Under the pieces are notes generated by a model that was not told where the DNA came from, did no database searches, and worked only from the letters and a program-made list of their open reading frames with translations. From contig CAWHIX010000006.1 in assembly GCA_963829545.1 (NCBI GenBank), positions 65,097-129,096 of the forward strand: 64,000 bases of DNA. The letters are read 5' to 3'. Made by a program: the position numbers and the translations under genes. Origin of the DNA: an uncultured Actinomycetes bacterium (GTDB taxonomy: Bacteria; Actinomycetota; Thermoleophilia; RBG-16-64-13). The first letter of the stretch is position 1. Each line of letters opens with the position of its first letter. Positions 9,850 to 20,699 of this stretch are shown piece by piece.

Positions 9850-11204
9850 GTCGAGCGTCCCCACAAGAGGCCCCCAAGCGCCAGGAGGATACCCAGGGCC
9901 ATGAGGATCCCCCCCACCGTCCCGGTCTCGGCCAGCACCTGCAGCGGCAGGGAATAAGCCCCCACCGGGTTCGAAGCCCCGTCGATGCGGAGCCGGTCGT
10001 AGGCAAAGGTGAAGTTGTCGGCCCCCACGCCCGCCACGGGCTCCGATCCGAACACCTGCCAGGACGTCTTCCAGATGTCCACTGCCCCGCCCGAGCTGAC
10101 GGTGGTGAGCCGCGAGGCCGCGCCGGGCTCCAGGGAGATCTCCTCCTCCGAGGCGAACTGGTGCCAAGAACGAGAGAGCCACTCCCAGGGGCCGCCGTTG
10201 TTCTGGGTGAGTACGACCGCGCCGTAGACGACCGCGGCGAGAGCGCCGGCCAGGACTATCGTGCCGAAAATGGCCTTCATCCTCTTGCTGGCCGGTATCC
10301 ACTGCTCGAGCAGAGCCACGATCATGCCCATGAAAGTAGCGGCCAGGGTGGCTACCAGCAGGGTACGGGCCGCCACTCCCCCTCCCACCGCTTCCGGTCC
10401 CTCCAGCCAGTAGCGGTCGAGGATGGGAAAAGCATAAGTGAGCAAGAGGCCCGGGACTATGAGATACAGCAGGGTGCGCAGGCGGATGGGTGAGATGACG
10501 AAGACTATGACCAGCGTGACGATAAGACTGTAGATGGCTGCCCTGGATTGCGTCATGACCGCTACCGTGACGAGGCCCGTCGCCAGGCCCAGGGCCACAC
10601 CTCTGATCGGGGCCCGCTCGGCCGGTCCGGCGGCGAGCCATATGAGCGGCCAGAAGGCTATCAAGAACAACGCCGCCGAGCCGCTGGGGTAGCCGGTGGG
10701 AAAGGAAAGCCTGCCGTCCTGGAAGAGGAGGCCGATCTCCTGGGTGGTCCACAACCGCCAGATGCAGGCGGCCAGCAGGACCAGCGCCGCAGCCATCAGC
10801 AGGTAGCGAAAGAGCGAGCGGGCCCTGGGGTCGGTCAGATAGACGAGCGCGAGCGCGAACACCAGCAGCAGGAAGGATGTCCTCTCTGCCTCCAGCCAGA
10901 CTCTGCTCGGCGAAGCGGCCCACAGCGACGACGTCGCCACCCAAAGGGTATAGAGGCCCAGCAGGACGAGGATCACCAGAGAGAGCTGCCGAGGCCTTCT
11001 CGGATACGCTATCAGAGCTCCAACGACCAAGCCCACGACGCCGACGAGCAGGGCCCCGGGAAGCCAGTCGCCCGGATCGGACCCGCCGCGCCAGAAGGCC
11101 GTCCACAGCCAGGCGACGAAGAGGACTATCAGGGGGGCGGACCAGAGCGCTACCTCGCGGAGTCCGACCTCCTCATCGGCAGCGGCACTCGTGGGCGCGC
11201 GCAA
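9850..11204 (-). CDS. O-antigen ligase/polymerase family (Wzy_C) polytopic membrane protein; reading frame breaks near 9770-9860
   Basis: ORF 9516..11204. It has more than 10 TM helices and the Wzy_C signature GVGADNFTFAYDRLR...SLPLQVLAETGTVGGILMALGIL. Downstream of LLWGRS the frame turns to Arg/Gly junk while the -1 frame becomes protein-like (see feature 8654..9715). Confidence 0.65.
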
Positions 11205-11223
11205 GCCCTCGGGACCTCGCGGC

Positions 11224-11453
11224 TCAGGGTTTCTGCGACCGGGACATCCGGCGCAGGAGGATGCCTCCCCCGACCAGCACCACCGCGATGATCCCGGCGA
11301 TCAGGAGTTGAAACCCGGTCAGCGGAAAGCTGCCGCGGGCAAGGACTGTCTCGGGCGACGAGCCGGCCCACGCCGGCGGAGGCGACCGTGAGGCCTGCAG
11401 TGATGCCCACCATGGTCGCGACGAACAGGAGAGAGATCAGGCGTCGAGCCATC
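11224..11453 (-). CDS. Possible small secreted/anchored peptide (frameshifted): signal-peptide-like N-terminus, then FPLTG + TM helix + RRMSRSQKP tail in another frame
   Basis: Good RBS aaaaggaggcacggATG at 11451-11453 (complement), then MARRLISLLFVATMVGITAGLTVASAGVG. A +1 frame ends FPLTGFQLLIAGIIAVVLVGGGILLRRMSRSQKP* (stop at 11224-11226). The two halves are in different frames. Confidence 0.25.
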
Positions 11454-11547
11454 CGTGCCTCCTTTTGGGGACCGTCTGGGTCGATTGTACCTGCAGTGCG
11501 GGGGGCCGCGCAGCGCCGGGGCCGCGCGGTGGGCCGTGGGGTGGCCC

Positions 11548-12843
11548 TCAGCGCTGCCTGACGCGCGTCCCCACACCTTCGTAGGTGAATCCCAAACCCA
11601 TAAGGTCGGCGCCGTCGAGGGCGTTGCGCCCGTCGATGACGACCGGACGGGCCATGATCCTCTTGACCTCCGCCCAATCCAACTCGAGGAACTCCTCCCA
11701 TTCGGTGACGAGGACGCAGGCATCGGCGCCTTCGAGCGCCTCCATGGCCGTTCGCGCATAGGTGACCGTGGGAAGGAGGGCGCGGGTGTTTTCCACCGCT
11801 ATGGGGTCGTACCCGACCACAGTGGCCCCCTCGGCGAGCAGGCGGCTGGCCAGGACGATGGACGAGGCCTGGCGGATGTCGTCGGTGTTGGGCTTGAAGG
11901 CCAGCCCCAGGAGCGCGATCCGTGTGCCACGCAGCTCGTCGCCCAGATAGCGCTTGAGCTTGGCGATGACCCGGCGCTTCTGCAGCTCGTTGACCTCGAT
12001 GACCGCGTTCAGCAACTGGAAGTGATAGCCGCTGTTCCCGGCGATCTGCTTCAGGGCCGAAACATCCTTGGGGAAGCAGCTCCCGCCGTAGCCGATGCCG
12101 GCCTGCAGGAAGTGCGGCCCGATGCGGTGATCGAGACCCATGCCCTCGGCCACCACCCTGACGTCCGCGCCGGTCGCCTCGCAGACGTTGGCGATCTCGT
12201 TGATGAAGCTGATCTTGGTGGCCAGGAAGGCGTTGGAGGCGTACTTGATCATCTCGGCCGAGGCCACGTCGGTCTTCAAGACGGGGCAGTCGATACCGGC
12301 GTACAGCGCGGCCACCTTGTCGCACACCTCGGAGTCGCACCCGCCGACGACGATGCGATCGGCGTTCATGAAGTCCACGATGGCGCTCCCCTCGCGGAGG
12401 AACTCCGGGTTGGAGGCGTAGCGGACGTGCCCGTGGCCCCGTCGCTTGAGTTCGGCCATGACCGCCGCGCCGGTGCCCACCGGCACCGTCGACTTGGTCA
12501 CCAGGATGTGTGAGCCGTGGTCGGCCGGCAGGTTGTCGACGGCCAGCCAGATGCGCGACAGGTCGGCATCGCCCGAATAGGTGGAGGGGGTGTCGACGCA
12601 GAGAAAGATGAACTCGGCCTGCTCGCAGGCGCAACCCGGGTCGGTGGTGAAGCTGATGCGCTCCCGGTTCTTGGCCATGAGCTCGGCGAGACCCGGCTCG
12701 TAGATGGGGACGCCGCCACCCTCGAGAACCGCTATGCGGTCGGGGTCGACGTCCATGGCTGCGATGTCATGGCCCAGTTCGGCCATGCAGGCCGCCGTCA
12801 CCAGACCCACGTATCCCGCACCCAGCACCGCCAGCCTGCTCAA
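11548..12843 (-). CDS. ugd: UDP-glucose 6-dehydrogenase (nucleotide-sugar dehydrogenase family)
   Basis: 431-aa ORF. N-terminal Rossmann fold LAVLGAGYVGLVTAACMAELGH and a catalytic Cys region GGSCFPKD. The overlapping 494-aa ORF 11150..12634 is a spurious alternate frame. Confidence 0.9.
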   Translation of the reverse strand: MSRLAVLGAGYVGLVTAACMAELGHDIAAMDVDPDRIAVLEGGGVPIYEPGLAELMAKNRERISFTTDPGCACEQAEFIFLCVDTPSTYSGDADLSRIWLAVDNLPADHGSHILVTKSTVPVGTGAAVMAELKRRGHGHVRYASNPEFLREGSAIVDFMNADRIVVGGCDSEVCDKVAALYAGIDCPVLKTDVASAEMIKYASNAFLATKISFINEIANVCEATGADVRVVAEGMGLDHRIGPHFLQAGIGYGGSCFPKDVSALKQIAGNSGYHFQLLNAVIEVNELQKRRVIAKLKRYLGDELRGTRIALLGLAFKPNTDDIRQASSIVLASRLLAEGATVVGYDPIAVENTRALLPTVTYARTAMEALEGADACVLVTEWEEFLELDWAEVKRIMARPVVIDGRNALDGADLMGLGFTYEGVGTRVRQR

Positions 12844-12929
12844 ACCCGACCTCCTCGGAGCTGCTTACCTCAGGAGCGCGTCGCCGCGCCGCAGAATCGA
12901 TAGCAGTCGCCTTCGCGTCGGCGCCCAGC

Positions 12930-13955
12930 CTACGCCCCTCGCAAGAACTCCAGGATCGCCTGCGCCAACCCGGCCACGATGGCATCCTGGTACGAAGACG
13001 TAGCCAGCAGGCGATCCTCGGCCGGGTTGGTCATGAAGCCTATCTCGGGAATGATCGCCGGCACGTCCGACCAGTTGAAGCCGGTCATGTCGCTGCGGGC
13101 ATCGATGCCGCGGTCCTTGGCCCCGGTGGCTGCCACGAGTTCCTTCTGCGCGAGTGACGCGGCCTGTTTGGAGACGGCGGCTATGTCGTCCGTCCAGCCC
13201 TTCGTGTTGGCCGGATACAGGACGTGGATTCCCGTAGTCGAGGGGTCGTCGGACCCGTCGGCGTGTACGCGGACGAAGAGGTCGGCGCCGGCCTGGTTGG
13301 CTATCTGCGCCCGCTGGATGTTGGACAGGTCGACGTTCTGAGTGGTGCGGGTCATGACCACTTCCACCCCCGCCGCGCTGAGGACATCGCGGAGCTTGAG
13401 CGACACGGCAAGCACCAGCTCGCTTTCGGGGACGCCGGTGGACACCCCCGAGGTGCCACTGGATACCTTGGGCTTGGTCTGGGCCGACCCGGGCCCGATG
13501 GGCTCGGGAGAGGTATTGCCCTTGCCCTGATGGCCGGGATCTATCACCACCACGTGGCTCGGTGCCGGAGCCGTCGAGGTGGTCGAAGGCCTGTTGGCGG
13601 TCGTGGGGGAGACGGGCGGGGCGGATGTCGGCGTGCCTGTCGTGGCCACTCCGGCGGTGGTCGAAGACGAGGTACTGCTTGGCGCAGGAGTGGTGGTCGA
13701 GGGCGTGGTCGTGGGAGGCACGGAGTCGGTCGTGGCGTCACCTTCGCCCATGGGCCCGGCCACCGTGCTCTCCGTCCCATCCGCGCGCTGCTGCTCCGAC
13801 CCCAGCAGCAGGACGAGAGCGATCGCCAACGCCAGGACCAAGACGGCCCCGGCGACCGCTGCCGCCAGCCGGGTACGACGCCGGCGGATGCGAGCCGTCT
13901 CGAAGCGCCTGATCAGTTCCTGGGTCTCGGGGTCCTGTCCTGGTCGCTCGTCCAT
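12930..13955 (-). CDS. N-acetylmuramoyl-L-alanine amidase (Amidase_3) with N-terminal membrane anchor and Ser/Thr/Pro-rich linker
   Basis: Anchor LAAAVAGAVLVLALAIALVLLLG; low-complexity TTTPSTTTPAPSSTSSSTT linker; catalytic domain VVIDPGHQGKGN...VRVHADG...GIDARSD...GFMTNPAED. Confidence 0.8.
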   Translation of the reverse strand: MDERPGQDPETQELIRRFETARIRRRRTRLAAAVAGAVLVLALAIALVLLLGSEQQRADGTESTVAGPMGEGDATTDSVPPTTTPSTTTPAPSSTSSSTTAGVATTGTPTSAPPVSPTTANRPSTTSTAPAPSHVVVIDPGHQGKGNTSPEPIGPGSAQTKPKVSSGTSGVSTGVPESELVLAVSLKLRDVLSAAGVEVVMTRTTQNVDLSNIQRAQIANQAGADLFVRVHADGSDDPSTTGIHVLYPANTKGWTDDIAAVSKQAASLAQKELVAATGAKDRGIDARSDMTGFNWSDVPAIIPEIGFMTNPAEDRLLATSSYQDAIVAGLAQAILEFLRGA

Positions 13956-14485
13956 CAGGGGGATGGAGATTGCGGCAACGCGGGTGGGCCCAGCAGGTCG
14001 AAGGCGGTCGTGACGGCCTCTTCGGGCGAGGATGCGTATCTGATGTGGGCGTCGTCCGTGACGGCCTCCGCCGGTCGCTCGAGTCGCCAGCCATGGAGGA
14101 TCACCACTGGGCGTCCGATCTTGGCGGCCAGGCCGATCTCGGACAGGGTGCCGTAGCCCCCTCCCACCGCGATGACGGCGTCGCCGGTGCTGACCACGAT
14201 CAGATTACGGGCTTCGCCGAGGCCCGTGGTGATGGCCTGGTCGATGTAGGGGTTGGCTGCGAGGCGGTCGTGCCCGGGTAGGATGCCGACGGTGGATCCT
14301 CCGCCTTCTCGTGCGCCGCGCGCCGCGGCTTCCATCACGCCGCCCAGACCTCCGCAGACGAGGACGGCTCCGCGACTTGCGATAAGGCGCCCGACTTCCT
14401 GGGCCTCATGGTACTGCTCGGCCGTACAGCGGCCGGGTCCGATGACCGAGATGTGCCGCGCCTGCTCCATGCCTCCTAGCATAGC
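13955..14485 (-). CDS. LOG-family (TIGR00725-like Rossmann fold) protein
   Basis: ISVIGPG...VLVCGGLGGVMEAAARGA...AVGGGYGTLSEI matches the LOG/PGGxGTxxE signature. Start likely at MLGGMEQARH. Abuts the helicase stop and shares a start/stop base with the amidase. Confidence 0.75.
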   Translation of the reverse strand, partial: AMLGGMEQARHISVIGPGRCTAEQYHEAQEVGRLIASRGAVLVCGGLGGVMEAAARGAREGGGSTVGILPGHDRLAANPYIDQAITTGLGEARNLIVVSTGDAVIAVGGGYGTLSEIGLAAKIGRPVVILHGWRLERPAEAVTDDAHIRYASSPEEAVTTAFDLLGPPALPQSPSP

Positions 14486-16755
14486 ATCGCCTCCAGGAGG
14501 CTCCGGGCCAGCTCCTTGTCCAGGGGCTCGTTGAGGTTGCCGCACTTGGGCGACTGGATGCAGGAGGGGCAGCCGGCCTCGCAGGGGCAGTCACGTATGA
14601 GGGCGTGCGCGTCGCGGGCCCATTCCGCGAAGCGATCGAACCCCTGCCGGGAGATGCCCACCCCTCCGGCGTGGCCGTCGTAGACGAAGATGGTCGGCTG
14701 CTCGGTCTGGGGGTGGACCGGGGTGGACAGCCCGCCGATGTCCCAGCGGTCGCACATGGCATAGAGAGGCAGGAGGGCGATGAGGGCATGCTCGATGGCG
14801 TGTATGGCCCCAGGCAGGCGCAGCAGGTCGCTCTCACCGGGCAGCAGCTCGGGAGGGATGGTGAACCACATGCTCTCGGTGACGAACTCCTGGGTGGGCA
14901 TGTCGAGTTCCTCGGTGCCCAGCACCTCCTCGCTACCCAGCCGCCTCTTCTGGAAGCCGACCACCCGGCTTGTGACCACGATCTCGCCCAGGTGGAGGCT
15001 GAGCGGGCCGCACCTGACCTGTAGGTCTTCCCGCACGATGCGCGTGTCGCTCTCCCGGCGCGCCTGGGTGTGGTAGGTGTCCCAGAAGGGCCGGACCAGG
15101 GCGAGGCGGCCTTCGAGGTCGAGGTCCGTCACCAGATACGTGTCGCCCATGTGCAGGTAGACCGCGCCCGGGTGCAGGGTGGAGAAGGCGTTCTCCGCCC
15201 CCTCCGTGCCGATGATGTCGCCGGTGTCGTCCTCCACGATGGTGAACTGCGCTCCGATGGTCGAACGCAGGCCGATTGCGCCCGCTGGGAAATCTGCGCC
15301 CGAGTAGTACCAGGCGCCCGCCTTGGGGCGTAGGAACCCGTCCGCCGCGCCGCGCTCCAGGGCGTCGCCCAGGCCTGGGCCGAAGAAGCGCTCGTCGTCA
15401 GGCAGGAGAGGTCCCTCGTAGGCCGCGGCAGCCAGATGCCGCTGGTGGATGAAGGGGTTGGCGAAGTCGATGGTGGCCGCCTCCACGTCGCGGGTGAGCA
15501 ACTCGTCCGGGTTCTTGACGAAGAACTGCTCCAGGGCATCGTTGCCGGCGATGAATATGCCCAGGCTGCGGCCCTTGCCTCGACCCGCCCTGCCCCACTG
15601 CTGCCAGAGACTGGCCATGGTCCCGGGGTAGCCCACGGTGATGACGGCATCGAGGGCTCCTATGTCGATCCCCAGCTCGAGGGCGCTGGTGCTGACCACG
15701 GCCAGGAGCCGCCCGCTGAACAGCGTCTCCTCGATGGAGCGGCGCTGCTCGGGGGTGTAGCCGGCCCGGTAGGGTGACAAGCGGTCGGCGAGGGCCCGGT
15801 CGGTCTCCTTGAGCCGGTCGGCCGTCTGCTGATAGATGAGTTCGGCGGTCCGTCGGGACTTGGTGAAGCAGATGGAGCGCACCCCGTTCCTCATGAGTTC
15901 CGCCAGTAGGTCCGCGGCCTCGCTGGTGGGGCTGCGGCGTACGTTCAGTTCCTCCTGGGTGAGGGGTGGTTGCCAGAAGACGATCTGCCGGGAGCCCGTG
16001 GGCGCGCCGTCGCCGCTGATGTGCGACACATCCAGACCGGTGAGGTGAGCGGCGTGCTCGGCCGCGTTGCGGATGGTGGCGGAGGCCAGGATGAACTGGG
16101 GCTCTGCTCCGTAGAAGGACGCCACTCTCCGCAGTCGGCGCAGGACGTTGGCCACGTTGCTGCCGAAGACGCCGCGGTAGGTATGGGCCTCGTCGATGAC
16201 CACGTACCTGAGGTTGTAGAGGAAGTCGTCCCAGCGCTCGTGCCGGGGCAGGACACCCACGTTGATCATGTCGGGGTTGGTGAGGAGCACGCGGGCCTTC
16301 TGTCTGGCCGCTTGGCGCGCGGCGCTGGGCGTGTCGCCGTCGTAGGCCGCCACCTCCACCTGCTTTCCCCCCAGCATGCGGATGCGGCGCAACTGGTCCT
16401 GCGCCAGGGCCTTAGTCGGGTAGAGGTAGATGGCCCGAGCGTGGGGATCGCGAAGGAGACCGTCGAGGACGGGAAGGTTGAAGCACAGGCTCTTCCCGGA
16501 CGCAGTCCCGGTGGTCACCATGAAGTGCCCACCCGCTTGTCCGGCTTCCCAGCATTCGGCCTGATGAGTCCACAGCCTGGAGATGCCCCCAGCGGCGAGG
16601 GCGTCGGCCAACTGCAGGTGAAGCCCCTTCGGCATCTCCGCGATCCGGCCGGGGCGTGCGGGAAGGACGGTCCGGGCCTCGACCTGGCCGAAGCGGTCGG
16701 GGCTGAGTAGCTCGAACAAGTCTGGTCTCACGCGGGCCTGCTTGAATAGCGTCAT
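14476..16755 (-). CDS. DEXH-box helicase with C-terminal DUF1998 zinc-finger domain (MrfA/YprA-like)
   Basis: 759 aa. Walker A TGTASGKS; DEAH box VIDEAHTYRG; helicase C motifs; C-terminal Cys cluster DCPCEAGCPSCIQSPKCGNLNEPLDK characteristic of DUF1998. Confidence 0.85.
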   Translation of the reverse strand: MTLFKQARVRPDLFELLSPDRFGQVEARTVLPARPGRIAEMPKGLHLQLADALAAGGISRLWTHQAECWEAGQAGGHFMVTTGTASGKSLCFNLPVLDGLLRDPHARAIYLYPTKALAQDQLRRIRMLGGKQVEVAAYDGDTPSAARQAARQKARVLLTNPDMINVGVLPRHERWDDFLYNLRYVVIDEAHTYRGVFGSNVANVLRRLRRVASFYGAEPQFILASATIRNAAEHAAHLTGLDVSHISGDGAPTGSRQIVFWQPPLTQEELNVRRSPTSEAADLLAELMRNGVRSICFTKSRRTAELIYQQTADRLKETDRALADRLSPYRAGYTPEQRRSIEETLFSGRLLAVVSTSALELGIDIGALDAVITVGYPGTMASLWQQWGRAGRGKGRSLGIFIAGNDALEQFFVKNPDELLTRDVEAATIDFANPFIHQRHLAAAAYEGPLLPDDERFFGPGLGDALERGAADGFLRPKAGAWYYSGADFPAGAIGLRSTIGAQFTIVEDDTGDIIGTEGAENAFSTLHPGAVYLHMGDTYLVTDLDLEGRLALVRPFWDTYHTQARRESDTRIVREDLQVRCGPLSLHLGEIVVTSRVVGFQKRRLGSEEVLGTEELDMPTQEFVTESMWFTIPPELLPGESDLLRLPGAIHAIEHALIALLPLYAMCDRWDIGGLSTPVHPQTEQPTIFVYDGHAGGVGISRQGFDRFAEWARDAHALIRDCPCEAGCPSCIQSPKCGNLNEPLDKELARSLLEAMLC

Positions 16756-16965
16756 GTTCGATCACGCATCCTGCCTCCCCTTCAGCGCTCGCCTGGCTGC
16801 CTGCTCGGCGGACAGTAGCGATGGGCTTGCGAGGACGCCATACGACCAAAGGCGTAAGGCGGCACGGCGGACGGCGCTCTTCTATGATAGCCCAGTGGCT
16901 GCGCGGGGCCCGCCCACGGTCCGATGCTCCGCGCTCGCGCGCCCGCATGCGGATGAGGCGCTTGC

Positions 16966-17852
16966 TCAGTCCGCCGCGGCGGTGTGCCGGAGGGTTATCT
17001 CCACGATCTGGGGCGGGGCGAAGAAGCGCACGGGCGGCACGATGCTGTTGCCGATGCCGTTGGAGACGATGACCGTGGTCGAGCCGTTCTCCACCACCCC
17101 GGTCCGGTACTTCTGCCCGTAGTCCGAGGGCAGGTAGAAGGCATAGAGGCCGAAGAAGCTGATCTGTCCGCCGTGCATGTGGCCCGAGAGCACCAGGTCG
17201 ACGCCTTCGGTCGGGCAGTTCCTCGGCGTAGTCCGGGTTATGGGACAGCAGGATGACGAAATCATCGGGGGACGTACTCTCCAGCGTCGGCTTGACGTCG
17301 GGGCTCGGCCATTTGATAGTCGCTTACTCCCCCCAGTCGTAACCGCTCCCCGTCTCTCTCCAGCCATACTCCCCGGTCGTCCAGCAATTCGATCCCCGAA
17401 GCGGCGATGGCCTCGATGGCGATCGCCGGGTCCTTGGCGTCGTCTCCTCCTAGGCGCTGGGGTTCTCCATAGTCGTGGTTGCCGAGCACCGCGAAGCGCC
17501 CCCACGCCGCCTCCAGGCGGGCAAGCTCCGAGAAGCAGGAACTCTCGTAGTCGGTGTTGCCGTACACGTAGTCTCCTCCGAGAAGGACGAGGTCGGGGGC
17601 CAGTGCGTTCGCTTGGTCCACGATGCGGCCCACGCGCTTCTCGCTGAAGAAGGGGCCGCGATGGATGTCGGTGAGAAAGACTATGCGTGCGCCGTCGAAG
17701 GCCTGCGGGATGTCCGGGCTGCTGTAGATGTAGCGCTTCAGCTCCACGCGGTAGGTCTCGACGATGCCGTAGGCGAGCAGGCCGGCACATATCGCGACGG
17801 CCGCGATCACCAGCAGCCAGATCCTACCCAACCGTCTTCCGAGGCGCGGCAT
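16966..17852 (-). pseudogene. Calcineurin-like metallophosphoesterase (YkuE-like, 1 TM) with two frameshifts
   Basis: N-terminus in the frame of ORF 17262..18014 ([19 protein letters not shown]...FLTDIHRG...LLGGDYVY...VLGNHDYG). The middle segment [17 protein letters not shown] is in a third frame. C-terminus in the frame of ORF 16966..17790 ([14 protein letters not shown]...). Breaks lie near 17262-17330, where there is a run of 6 C. Confidence 0.7.
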
Positions 17853-17917
17853 CGGCACCACTCCTATGGCGCGGCATGGAGAGCGGGGCCCGGCCTCGCG
17901 GCCGGGCCCCGGTGCTG

Positions 17918-18933
<1,016 letters not shown>

Positions 18934-19189
18934 CTTTGCTCACAGCTCCTCCTTGCCCAGCGTTTGGCGCTGAAATTCTAGCATCCGGTGAGTCGATGGG
19001 CCCCGACGGGGCGGGTACCCGCAGCTCTGGGTACGACATCCCCCACGAGTATCAGTTCCCGTTAGATGGAATGAGGTTCTGTCTATCGGTAAGAAGTCGA
19101 GGTCTCGCGGTGCGCGAATTGTGTTTCGCACGCCCTTATGTTTCGATTAACGAGTAACTATTCGCCCATATCCTTGGGAGGGGTTTCAG

Positions 19190-20622
19190 TGGAAGACGAT
19201 CGCGAGAAGCAGGCAGGGACTGTAAGCAGGCGTGACTTTCTGAAGATGGCGGGCATCGCCGGGGCGGCAATCGGCGCCGGCGCCGGTCTGGGCGGGCTTC
19301 TTGCGGCCTGCGGCGGAGACGACGAAACCACGACCACCGCCGCCGGCGAGACGACCACGTCGGCCGGCACCGAGACCACCGCGGGCGGCGAGACCACCAC
19401 CTCGGTACAGACCGACGCCGAACAGGGCGGCGAGATCAAGGCCGGCTACATCATCCCCGTAACCGGATCGATGGCCGCCTTCGGCGCAGCAGGCCAGTGG
19501 CAGCTCGACTGGTTCAACAAGAACACCTGGAAAGACGGCATCATCGGCGGCGACGGCAAGAAGTACAAGATGACCGCCACGATCTACGACAGCCAGTCCG
19601 ACTCCAACCGCTCCTCGCAGGTCACCAGCGACGCCATCCTTAACGACGGCGTGATGCTGGTCGGCGCCAGCTCGAGCGCGGCCAACGTCATCCCGGTGCG
19701 CGACATGGCCGAGTCTCTGGAAACCCCCGGTATCCATTACGACGTCCCCGGCGACGCCTGGCAGGCGGACGCGCCCGAGGGCGGCTTCAAATGGAACTGG
19801 TGCTCCTGGTGGGTCGGCAAGGACCTGGTAGGGAACTTCGTCAAGATGTGGGAACTGGTCCCCACCAACAAGGTGGTCGGGGCCCTCTGGGTCAACGACG
19901 CCGACGGAGACGTCTTCGCCGCCGTGCTGCCGGGGCTTTTCGAAGAGCTCGGTTACACGCTGGTCGACCCCGGTCAGTTCCCGGCGGGGACCGAGGACTT
20001 CACGGCTATCATCAGCCAGTTCAAGAACGAAGGCGTGGAGCTGGTCTGTGGTATGGCCAACCCGCCTGAGTTCACCAACTATGTCACGCAAAGCGCGCAG
20101 CAGGGCTTCCAGCCGAAGATCACCACCTGCGCGAAAGCCCTGCTCTTCCCCTCCTCTGTCGACGCTCTGGGCGACCTGGGCGACGGCATGACGGTGGAGG
20201 CCTGGTACAGCCCGCAGTATGCGTTCAAGAGCGACGTCACCGGCATGACTGCTCAGCAGTACTGCGACGACTTCGAGGCCACCACCGGCCAGCAGTGGAC
20301 CCAGCCGATCTGCTTCATCGGCTGCTTCGAACTGTGGACGGACGTCCTGCGCCGCGCCACGAACCCGCTGGACAAGGCCTCTATCGTGGAAGCCATCAAG
20401 GGGACCAACGTCACCCTCACCGGCGGTCCGGTCGACTGGACGGTCAACCCCGAGCCGAAGTTCGGCTTCTGGAACTTCTGCTCCAAGCCGCTCGCGGGTG
20501 GACAGTGGGTCAAGGACACCACGGGCAAACACAAGTACTCGATGGAACTCGTGGCCAGCGTGCAAGACCCGGCCAACATCCCGGTTACCGCCGAGATGAA
20601 GCCGATGGTGTACGCCTCCTAG
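19190..20622 (+). CDS. ABC-transporter substrate-binding lipoprotein (Peripla_BP_6/LivK-like), Tat signal SRRDFLK + lipobox LAAC, Thr-rich linker
   Basis: GTG at 19190 after RBS gggagg. Twin-arginine motif, lipobox cysteine, low-complexity TTTAAGETTTSAGTETTAGGETTTS, then a type-I periplasmic binding fold. No cognate permease or ATPase is adjacent. Confidence 0.85.
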
Positions 20623-20642
20623 TCCAAGCTCTCAGTTGTGAA

Positions 20643-20678
20643 GAGGCCCTCCCCGCGCACGCGCGTGGGGAGGGCCTC
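20643..20678. terminator. GC-rich near-perfect hairpin GAGGCCCTCCCCGCGC-ACGC-GCGTGGGGAGGGCCTC followed by CUUCUCUAUC; likely bidirectional terminator between convergent genes
   Basis: Read directly from sequence, about 20 nt after the SBP stop codon. Confidence 0.6.
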
Positions 20679-20699
20679 CTTCTCTATCCCCGGACCCCC

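Noticed and set aside
12844-12929. Searched the whole window for CRISPR repeats, IS elements, transposase or integrase genes
   Set aside because: No regularly spaced short repeats with unique spacers, no terminal inverted repeats flanking an ORF, and no DDE or tyrosine-recombinase motifs were seen. The only tandem repeat is the coding 39-nt repeat at 62860-63014.
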